Assembly (NCBI GenBank): GCA_013349495.1
Contig: DUZK01000002.1
Coordinates: 1-46,730 of the forward strand
From: Deltaproteobacteria bacterium
GTDB lineage: Bacteria > Desulfobacterota > Desulfobacteria > Desulfobacterales > SURF-15
Reading direction: 5' to 3'
Length of the DNA: 46,730 nt
Shown: positions 18,236 through 25,612 of the stretch, piece after piece
How positions within the stretch are numbered: the stretch's first letter is position 1
Layout: the number at the start of each line of letters is the position of its first letter
Made by a program: the position numbers and the translations under genes
Notes under the pieces: model-generated
The model's database searches: none
What the model saw: the letters and a program-made list of their open reading frames with translations, nothing else
Told to the model about the DNA's origin: nothing

Positions 18236-18486
18236 GTGCACTATTCTTAAGTAAACCTACCACGCTCGGCCGGCAGGTGTCGAACCGGTTGCCGGGCAAA
18301 TGTCTGAGCCCCTTAGGCCGCGTTGGTCCGCCGCACGTACATCGCGGATATATTCCGGCACGTTGTATTTTCTCAAGTTCTATGCTCAAGCAACGGCAGA
18401 CCTTGTGGGGCCTTAGCAGCGAGTTTTGTCCGGCATAAGGACCGGTACCCGCCGACCGAGCGGATCCCATACCTTGAGAATAGCAC
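18236..18486 (-). other. GC-rich ~250-nt structured element (candidate ncRNA/3'-UTR structure or MITE-like inverted-repeat element)
   Basis: The ends are imperfect inverted repeats. 18236-18251 (gtgcactattcttaag) pairs with 18473-18486 (cttgagaatagcac). 18263-18278 (cgctcggccggcaggt) pairs with 18447-18462 (acccgccgaccgagcg). The 16-bp inner helix is fully paired on the minus strand with two G-U pairs; these are C-A/A-C mismatches on the plus strand. ORFs on both strands show no coding signal. Confidence 0.4.
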
Positions 18487-18537
18487 ATAATCGGGTTCTT
18501 TAATATTTTGAGCCACCAACTGGTCTAAATTGAAGAA

Positions 18538-19557
18538 TCACGAAAAACATTTGCCGCACATTATGTTTGTTGTATCCTTCTCGAGGTGAGCCTTTCGCAA
18601 AGATTTATAGGCCTTGCCATTCCATTGTTTCGCTAAAGAAGAGTTGGAATGTATGGTAAACAAACCATGATATTGAGGATGCATACGTATGTTGCAGGGC
18701 GTAACTGTTCCATTGGCAGAAATAAACATCGTGCTAAAAGGGAAACTGCAATTCCCCAAGCTTCTCTTTGTTTTAATATATTTAACGATAATCCCTTTTG
18801 TTAATAATTTAGTTTGCATTTTTGTGATTATATTTGAAATTTTATGGCGATACAGAAGTTGTTCTTTGATAGCTTGTCGGGCGAGGTCATAGTTAGGTTC
18901 ACCAGGGATATACCAAATCTTGAGGCCGACGATAAGGATATAATCAATCCCCAGTTTTACTGCAAGGTTACCAATTCCTTCTAAATCTTTATAATTCATA
19001 TTACTTAATGTTACATTAAAGCCGAATAAAAAATTCGATCTTCCCTCGTTTCTTTCTTTTAAGAGCAACTGCACTCCTTTAATTATTCGATCGAGATTCA
19101 TCCCGGGCCTGAGTTCGTAGGATAAATCTGCCCGATGTGAATCGATACTGATACTTAAATCTACTATATAATCATGAACAAGGTTTCTAATATTCTGTTT
19201 CGTTAATAAGCTGCCATTTGAAGTTGAAGTTATTTTTTTTATTCCCCTATTTTTGAATTCTTCCAAAATGAGTTCAAGACGTGGATGTAAAAAAGGTTCT
19301 CCCAGTCCCTGCAGATTTACGTATTTCAATTCCGGGAGAGAAGAAAGAATACTTCTTAATTTAGTTGTGGTTATATCCTGGATTTCAGTTTTTCTGTTCC
19401 CCATGCTGTTGGAGCAGAACCTGCACCTGAAGTTGCAGCGGTTGGTGGGTTCTATTTGAATGATTTTAGGAAGCGGAACAGTCAAACTGAGTTTGAATGT
19501 TCTAAGTGTTTGCATCACTTTTATCTTTTGCCACCATCTTGAAGCTGCTCTTAACAT
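18538..19557 (-). CDS. Radical SAM enzyme, SPASM/twitch type (AT-rich gene)
   Basis: PTNRCNFRCRFCS (CxxxCxxC). C-terminal CSFPFSTMFISANGTVTPC (C-x12-G-x4-C) and IMCGKC. The start may be the internal MQTLRTF ATG (19515). Confidence 0.75.
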   Translation of the reverse strand: MLRAASRWWQKIKVMQTLRTFKLSLTVPLPKIIQIEPTNRCNFRCRFCSNSMGNRKTEIQDITTTKLRSILSSLPELKYVNLQGLGEPFLHPRLELILEEFKNRGIKKITSTSNGSLLTKQNIRNLVHDYIVDLSISIDSHRADLSYELRPGMNLDRIIKGVQLLLKERNEGRSNFLFGFNVTLSNMNYKDLEGIGNLAVKLGIDYILIVGLKIWYIPGEPNYDLARQAIKEQLLYRHKISNIITKMQTKLLTKGIIVKYIKTKRSLGNCSFPFSTMFISANGTVTPCNIRMHPQYHGLFTIHSNSSLAKQWNGKAYKSLRKAHLEKDTTNIMCGKCFS

Positions 19558-19864
19558 GCTCGCCTCCGCTTTTGCATAGTGGAATATAAAATGGAGTTTG
19601 TAACTTTGTACTGGTTCAGTGTTCAGTGATGGTAGGTTTCGGTCTCAAGTCAGAATAGTTGATACAGGAATTTTGAATTGAGTAAGTATGAAAATAGTAC
19701 TATTTGAAGATATTAGGGCATTGCAATTGGCCCAAAATTAACGTGCAAGGCGTATGATCTGACAAAAAATGCCGGATTTGTTCGAGACTTCGGGCCGAAG
19801 AGTCAAATTCAGGATGCAGCTAGTTCTTCCATACACAACTATTGATTATATCTCCAAGTAAAAT

Positions 19865-20623
19865 CTACTTACGATAAATTTCGACGACCACTTTAGTAAC
19901 AATTTTAATTCTTAATAACATGTCAAGAAGAATATCCACCTTTTTTTCAATCCGCAAAAACCAAGGAATCAGTTTCGCCAAATTAAATATTCTTAACAAA
20001 TGAAGCCAAGGAGTAATATAAAAATAGTCCTTTCTCAATAATTCTGAAAATATTATTGATAAATATTTTTCATCACTATGATTGAAAAAATCGTGCTTTA
20101 TCTCTTGCCCGGAATCCGATTTAGTAAAAAATTCTATCAAATATTGCCCTTTCAGAGACTCTGCCAAGATAAAACAACCTCCTGACTTTAACACCCTATA
20201 AATATTATCAAAAACACACTTTTTGTCAACTTGCATCAAGGCGTTTTGCACATAAACGATATCAAACACTTCATTTTTGAAACTCAAATTTTCAGCATCC
20301 ATTTGCGCCTTTGAAATATTATCCTTTCTTTCGACACACAAAGCTTGAAAACTTATATCAATTCCTACAATATTTTTATAATTACACTTTCGAAATACTT
20401 TTTCATCATTATTATCTCCGACGCAAATAATCAAAACATCACGACAGATAGGTAAACCAAATCCTCTTAGCATTTCATCTAAAAAATATTGGAAACTCCT
20501 TCCTCTATCTCGGAGCCAATCTACCAATTGAGATTTTTGCTCTCTTCGTCGCTTCCACAACACTTCATAATATTCTTTAAATTTGGTTTTGGTTTTTTCA
20601 CGTTCGCTTTTCATCTGTTTCAA
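19865..20623 (-). CDS. Class I SAM-dependent methyltransferase (AT-rich gene)
   Basis: VLIICVGDNND (motif-I-like), IVGIDIS, FDIVYVQNALMQV, VLKSGGCFILAE. Two hand-counted 60-nt lines (19861-19920 and 20221-20280) have 15 and 20 G+C. Confidence 0.7.
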   Translation of the reverse strand: MKQMKSEREKTKTKFKEYYEVLWKRRREQKSQLVDWLRDRGRSFQYFLDEMLRGFGLPICRDVLIICVGDNNDEKVFRKCNYKNIVGIDISFQALCVERKDNISKAQMDAENLSFKNEVFDIVYVQNALMQVDKKCVFDNIYRVLKSGGCFILAESLKGQYLIEFFTKSDSGQEIKHDFFNHSDEKYLSIIFSELLRKDYFYITPWLHLLRIFNLAKLIPWFLRIEKKVDILLDMLLRIKIVTKVVVEIYRK

Positions 20624-20995
20624 TTTTTCCTCTAAGATCTATCGTTCGTTCAATCAATGGACAGCCAAACACATAACAACATGATGGCGCTATTGAATAT
20701 TGATCAAAAATCGTTGCGGCGGTGATAGAAGGCTAATAAACATTATGTGCGATTTTCAGACCTAGCTCCGCTTTGTGGATTTTGTTCCACTTTTTATTAT
20801 AACATATTGATAATATAGTAATTTAAACCAAATTGCGTCAACTTTGAATTCGTATTGATGCCATTTATTCATCGGACGCTGACTGTTCCCGCGTTAGGGA
20901 TAAAATATCTAAGATTCTTTTAGCAAAAATTGTACCGAAATATTTTTCAAAGATTATTTGTGATATTTCAGGTTCTTATATTGATAATCTATATG

Positions 20996-21045
20996 TCATA
21001 CTGATTCCGGTGAGGAAAAATCATACTGATTTCGAGGAGGAAATA
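20996..21045. repeat. Two tandem 25-bp units (tcatactgattccggtgaggaaaaa / tcatactgatttcgaggaggaaata)
   Basis: 21 of 25 positions are identical by hand alignment. Unit 2 ends in GAGGAGG, 11 nt upstream of an ATG at 21052. The sequence upstream of repeat copy 1 (16261-16290) resembles unit 2. Confidence 0.8.
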
Positions 21046-21053
21046 ACGGCCAT

Positions 21054-21086
21054 GAAATATTTACCATTCATTGAATGGTCGGTTGG
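21054..21086. repeat. Copy 2 of the 33-bp exact direct repeat (palindrome at 21063-21079)
   Basis: Identical to 16294-16326. Lies in the 605-bp gap between the TPR-sulfotransferase stop and the methyltransferase start. Confidence 0.9.
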
Positions 21087-21229
21087 ACAGAATCACTGGA
21101 TTGAACGGGTCTTTAATTGATTTTAAAGCCATTATTTGTCCCGAGTATCCTGAAATCCTGGATATTTACTTGTCAAAGAATTGACAGTCTTTAGCGAGGA
21201 TCGCTGTAAATTGAAAAGGAAAATTATAT

Positions 21230-23248
21230 CTATGGCGTAGGGTTCAATAGATCCAAAAGGGGGTCAAGCTCTTTTTCATATCTTTTCCAACGTTTGATCG
21301 AACTGTTGTATATGGACTGTCGAACCTGGCTTGTACTTGCGGTCCGTACAGGTCTTTTGGTTTGATGAAACGATAAACAGGCCTCATTCCATGGCAGATC
21401 GCAGTATGCAAGCAGTTTTCTTGTTTCGCCCTCTTGGTCTCTGACAATATCTTCGTAATGAATATCGAAAATGTAACCGGGCATTATGCTGTGCCAATAT
21501 TGCATGAGTTCCTGATAGAGTTTGTAATACTCTCCCAGTTCAACTAAATTATAGGCGTAATTATGAACACCGGTAAAAGACTTTTGAAAAATCGATAGGC
21601 AGGTATCCATAGGATCGCGCTTGCAGTGAATGATTTTCGCATTGGGTAATACGAGTCGAATCATTCCGACATATCGAAAATTGGTCAGCATTTTGTCTGT
21701 AATATATTCAGCACGATCCGAATACCGCCTGATCCTTTTGATATAGTCAGCACCCAGCCTTTCAAGGTTTTCGGAACTCAGTTTCGCCACACCATACGGA
21801 AATTTGTTGCCTGTCAACATCTCACAAGAATGTATGGTAATTTTTTTCAGATCTTCCAGCTCTCCTCCTCCATAAACCAGAGGGTGACTGGCAAGAATCT
21901 GTTCTAAAAGACTCGATCCTGAACGAAGCATGCCGATGATGAATATCGGCGTGTCATCACGACAGCCGGATTTTCTCCGGAGCAGTCGATCGGAAAAGAC
22001 ATTTTTCAAGGCCTTGAACAGTTCCCTGTCCTCAAAAATATCATAGGTGTATTCACTCCGCCTAAGCCTGTTTCCTTCCGATATGAAAACGAACGATTCT
22101 TCATAGTTCCCTAAATCGTCAAACGCTTTTCCCAAGCCGAATGCCAGATGCACTTTTTGGCTGTCGGTTATTTGCGGGTCCCCATATAAGTCCAGCATTT
22201 TCTGTATTTGCTGGTTATATTCCGTATATCGTGTCGCATTTGCCAAATGATGATGGGCTTCCGCAAAATCAGGTCGAATGCGCAGCGCATGTTGATAAGC
22301 CGTAATGGCCTCTTCCGGTTTGCCCTTTTCATGGAGTGCATTTCCGAGGTTGTTATACGCCTCTGCAAATTCGGGATCGATGCGCAATGTTTTTTCATAG
22401 AAGCTTATGGCATCTTCCAGTTTGCCTTGGTCCATCAGTGCATTGCCAAGATTGTTGTGCGCCTCTGCAAAATCGGGTTTGATACTCAGTGCGCTTTGAT
22501 AAGACGCCATGGCATCGTCCAGTCTGCCCTGTTCCTTAAGCGCGCTACCCAAATTGTTGTGCGCCTCTGCATAGCCGGGTTCAATACGCAGGGCTTTTCT
22601 ATAAGACGCCACGGCATCGTCCAGTTTACGCTGTTCATAGAATGCATTGCCGAGATTGTATTGTACCTCCGCAAGTTCCGGATTGATGCTCAGGGCATTT
22701 TGATAAGACGCCACGGCATCGTCCAGTCTGCCCAGTTCTTTAAGTGTATTGCCTAAATTGCTGTGCGCTTCTGCATAGTCAGGTCTGATACGAAGCGCTT
22801 TTCGATAAGACGTCACAGCCTCGTCCGGCTTATTCTGTTCAAGGAGTGCGTTGCCGAGATTATAATTCGCCTCTGCAAGATCGGGTTTGATGGTCAGTGC
22901 TTTTTGATAAGACGCTATGGCATCATCCAGATTACCCTGATCTCTCAGTGCATTGCCTAAATTAGTGTAGTAGAGGGGTTGGTTTGGATCTATGTCAATC
23001 GCCTTTACAATCAATTGAACGGCTATATCGTTTCTTCCAAACTGATACGCAATCACACCCAAAAGGTGCAATGCGTCGGAATGATGCGGATCAACGGCAA
23101 GTATTTTTTTATAGATTTCCTCAGCTTGTCTTAGATTTCCGGATTGATGGTATCGGATCGCATCTGCAAGTTCGATATTGACATTAGAACGATATTCATT
23201 ACCCGGTGTTTCATATGCTTTTCCCCTTTTTCCCATGTTGAGATTCAT
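21230..23248 (-). CDS. TPR-repeat protein with C-terminal sulfotransferase domain
   Basis: About 9 consecutive 34-aa TPR units (AEAHNNLGNAL..QG.LDDA.ASY..AL.I.PD). A C-terminal domain follows with the PAPS 5'-phosphosulfate-binding loop PIFIIGMLRSGSSLLEQILASHP and a later RDP..T..S region. Confidence 0.85.
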   Translation of the reverse strand: MNLNMGKRGKAYETPGNEYRSNVNIELADAIRYHQSGNLRQAEEIYKKILAVDPHHSDALHLLGVIAYQFGRNDIAVQLIVKAIDIDPNQPLYYTNLGNALRDQGNLDDAIASYQKALTIKPDLAEANYNLGNALLEQNKPDEAVTSYRKALRIRPDYAEAHSNLGNTLKELGRLDDAVASYQNALSINPELAEVQYNLGNAFYEQRKLDDAVASYRKALRIEPGYAEAHNNLGSALKEQGRLDDAMASYQSALSIKPDFAEAHNNLGNALMDQGKLEDAISFYEKTLRIDPEFAEAYNNLGNALHEKGKPEEAITAYQHALRIRPDFAEAHHHLANATRYTEYNQQIQKMLDLYGDPQITDSQKVHLAFGLGKAFDDLGNYEESFVFISEGNRLRRSEYTYDIFEDRELFKALKNVFSDRLLRRKSGCRDDTPIFIIGMLRSGSSLLEQILASHPLVYGGGELEDLKKITIHSCEMLTGNKFPYGVAKLSSENLERLGADYIKRIRRYSDRAEYITDKMLTNFRYVGMIRLVLPNAKIIHCKRDPMDTCLSIFQKSFTGVHNYAYNLVELGEYYKLYQELMQYWHSIMPGYIFDIHYEDIVRDQEGETRKLLAYCDLPWNEACLSFHQTKRPVRTASTSQVRQSIYNSSIKRWKRYEKELDPLLDLLNPTP
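22295..23008. repeat. Seven tandem 102-bp (34-codon) DNA units inside the TPR-coding region
   Basis: The word ataaga/atagaa...ggcatc recurs at 22295, 22397, 22499, 22601, 22703, 22805 and 22907, an exact 102-nt register. Neighbouring units share long identical stretches (e.g. ataagacgccacggcatcgtccagt). Confidence 0.8.
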
Positions 23249-23377
23249 CGATAAACCGAATTTTAGATTCTAAGGCTGAATGGTTTTCTTTAGAGATACC
23301 ATGATATCTCCATCCCAATTGCGGTATAAAAAATATATGATTCCTATAGCAGAAATCATGCCAAGTCCTGAAAACAA

Positions 23378-25198
23378 TTATCTTGAACTTTCTTCAGATT
23401 TGATGGCTTTCAGAAAAAGATCCCCGTACTGTTCGGCCTTTTTTTCACCAACACCGGTGACCAGCAAGAGCTCCTCCCGGTTTTTCGGTTTGCGGGCAAT
23501 CATTTCCGTTAAGGTTCTGTCATGAAAAACCACAAAAGGCGGTATGCCGAGTCGCCGTGAGATGTCAAGCCGTAACTTGCGCAGCTTTTCAAACAGGGTG
23601 TTCGATCTCAAAATGATGAAATCGGACTCCCTTATGAGGGGGGCGTGAACGATTCTTTTCTTCGGGACCGATGGCGGGTCCTTTCTAAAGCGGATTGCTT
23701 CTTCCCCTTTCAAAATCGGGCGGCTCTTTTCGGTGAGCCGAAAACCGGATATTTCAGCCATGTTGACCGTTAATAAGCCGGCGGCCAGAAGCTGACGAAA
23801 TACCGAGCGCCATTCCGATTTGGACAATTCCTTTCCCACACCGAATGTTTTAATCTTGTCATGTCTAAATCGTTGTATTCGGTCGGTGCTGTTGCCGACC
23901 AGTACGTCTGTCAGGTAAGCGGCGCCGAATCGCTGTCCGGTTCGATATACGCAAGATAGTGCTTTCTGTGCGGCTACCGTTCCGTCCCAGGTTTCCACTT
24001 CTTGATTGCAGGTGTCGCAGTTACGGCATGGGGCCGGGTATTTCTCTCCGAAATATCCCAGCAGCACAGTCCGCCTGCATTCCACCGTTTCACAGTAACC
24101 GAGTAGGGATTCCAGTTTTTGACGTTGAATCCGTTTGAAGGATTCATCCGCATCCGAGGTGTCCTGGAGCTTTTTCATGGCCATCAGGTCGGACAGGGAA
24201 TAGACCATCCAAGCATCCGAAGGCAGACCGTCCCGGCCGGCACGACCTGTTTCCTGATAATAGGCCTCCATGCTGGCCGGCAGATCCAGATGGGCAACAA
24301 ATCTTACGTCGGGTTTATCGATTCCCATGCCGAAGGCAATGGTGGCCACCATGACGATGCTGTCTTCTAAAAGAAATCGCCGCTGATGCGTGTGCCGGAT
24401 TTGAGAATCCAGTCCGGCATGATAGGAAAGTGCTTTGATTCCCTCTTGCTCCAGCCAGACGGTTATGGAATCGGCCCGATTTCGGGTTCTTACATAAACG
24501 ATCCCCGACTCCCCGGAGTGCTCCTGGTGCATGAATGCAAGGAGCTGCCTTTTTTCGCTGTCCTTTAGCTGGACTTGATAATGAATATTGGGCCGGTCAA
24601 AGCTTGATACAAATTTTTCGGCATCAGTGAGATCCAGCTTTTCGATGATCTCTTGCCGGGTATGGGTATCCGCCGTGGCAGTCAGGGCCAGCCGAGGAAC
24701 CCCCGGGAATTGTCCGGTCACCCCTGTAATTTTGAGATATTCCGGTCTGAAATCGTGACCCCATTGGGATACACAGTGGGCCTCGTCGATAGCAAAAAGC
24801 GAAACTTGGATGCTCTTTAAAAATTGTTGAAATTGTTCGGTCAGGAGCCTTTCCGGCGCTACATATAGAATGTCAACCTCACCCGATAAGATACGGGATT
24901 CAACCTGACGGGCCTCATGGTATGAAAGACTGGAGTTTAGATATTCGGCCCGAACACCGTTTTGCCGAAGAGACGAGACCTGGTCCTGCATCAACGCGAT
25001 CAGAGGGGAGATAACCAGCCCGATACCGTTTAAGATCATGGCAGGTATCTGGTAGCAAATGGATTTTCCGCTGCCTGTGGGCATCAGCACAAACACATCT
25101 TTTCCGGCCAGGACGGCTTCGATTATATCCTGTTGATGGTCGCGAAAGGTATCGTAACCGAAACAGGTTCGCAGAATATGATGAGGGGATGATTTCAT
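23378..25198 (-). CDS. recQ: ATP-dependent DNA helicase RecQ
   Basis: MPTGSGKSICYQ (Walker A), DEAHC, zinc-binding CRNCDTC, and a C-terminal HRDC-like region (FEKLRKLRLDISRRLGIPPFVVFHDRTL). Confidence 0.95.
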   Translation of the reverse strand: MKSSPHHILRTCFGYDTFRDHQQDIIEAVLAGKDVFVLMPTGSGKSICYQIPAMILNGIGLVISPLIALMQDQVSSLRQNGVRAEYLNSSLSYHEARQVESRILSGEVDILYVAPERLLTEQFQQFLKSIQVSLFAIDEAHCVSQWGHDFRPEYLKITGVTGQFPGVPRLALTATADTHTRQEIIEKLDLTDAEKFVSSFDRPNIHYQVQLKDSEKRQLLAFMHQEHSGESGIVYVRTRNRADSITVWLEQEGIKALSYHAGLDSQIRHTHQRRFLLEDSIVMVATIAFGMGIDKPDVRFVAHLDLPASMEAYYQETGRAGRDGLPSDAWMVYSLSDLMAMKKLQDTSDADESFKRIQRQKLESLLGYCETVECRRTVLLGYFGEKYPAPCRNCDTCNQEVETWDGTVAAQKALSCVYRTGQRFGAAYLTDVLVGNSTDRIQRFRHDKIKTFGVGKELSKSEWRSVFRQLLAAGLLTVNMAEISGFRLTEKSRPILKGEEAIRFRKDPPSVPKKRIVHAPLIRESDFIILRSNTLFEKLRKLRLDISRRLGIPPFVVFHDRTLTEMIARKPKNREELLLVTGVGEKKAEQYGDLFLKAIKSEESSR

Positions 25199-25315
25199 TA
25201 TCAGACTCCGTGGGTCGACTATGCACGGAAAAACCGAAAGGAATCAACTTTTTTCTCTATTCTTAAATTGAATGGTGTTTTACGGATCTAAGATATTGGA
25301 AGTTCCGTGACATCC

Positions 25316-25343
25316 TTGACAATATATCTTTTTAAGTTATAAT
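25316..25343 (+). promoter_or_regulatory. Near-consensus sigma70-type promoter of the toxin-antitoxin operon (TTGACA-16 nt-TATAAT)
   Basis: TTGACA at 25316-25321 and TATAAT at 25338-25343. The toxin ATG at 25350 is only 6 nt after the -10 box and has no Shine-Dalgarno, implying a leaderless or near-leaderless mRNA. Confidence 0.55.
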
Positions 25344-25349
25344 AGAGCT

Positions 25350-25610
25350 ATGTACAAATTAAAGTATCGGCGACAGGCCAGAAATTATTTGGCTCGCCTA
25401 CCTTTGAAAACAAAGACAGTTATAGTGAACAAACTGAACGAGATAGCAATCGACCCGGAAGACCCCTCCCACGATATAGACGTATTAAAAGGTCGAGAAG
25501 GATTTCGTCTCCGTGTCGGCCAATACCGCATCCTGTATATACGGCAGGATGATCAACTGGTCATTGAGGTGGTGAAAGTACGATCCCGGGGAGACATCTA
25601 CAAGAGGTGA
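25350..25610 (+). CDS. Type II toxin, RelE/ParE superfamily
   Basis: 86-aa basic protein. The C-terminal YRILYIRQDDQLVIEVVKVRSRGDIYKR is typical of RelE/ParE/HigB-like toxins. Confidence 0.85.
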   Translation: MYKLKYRRQARNYLARLPLKTKTVIVNKLNEIAIDPEDPSHDIDVLKGREGFRLRVGQYRILYIRQDDQLVIEVVKVRSRGDIYKR

Positions 25611-25612
25611 CC

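Noticed and set aside
18174-18488. 104-aa and 77-aa ORFs on opposite strands of the GC-rich block.
   Set aside because: Both strands are open over the same interval, there is no RBS, and the composition is Arg/Gly/Pro-rich. The DNA shows extensive inverted-repeat pairing. I treat it as a structured element rather than a CDS.
19635-19646. 12-nt word ttcagtgttcag shared (as reverse complement) with hairpin element D (44539-44550).
   Set aside because: Shared 12-mers are expected by chance many times in a 47-kb window on two strands (roughly 2e9 position pairs against 4^12). No complementary arm is present near 19.6 kb.
58-20623. Interpretation of the SPASM-type radical SAM genes as a RiPP (peptide natural product) cluster.
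   Set aside because: No small precursor-like ORF with a start signal sits next to any of them, and there is no peptidase, RiPP recognition element protein or ABC exporter. All neighbours are sugar-nucleotide and glycosyltransferase genes. The idea is not fully excluded because peptides under 60 aa are not in the ORF track.
20996-21045. CRISPR array or other spacer-repeat structure.
   Set aside because: There are only two directly abutting 25-bp units with no spacers. No other regularly spaced repeats occur in the window, and there are no cas genes.
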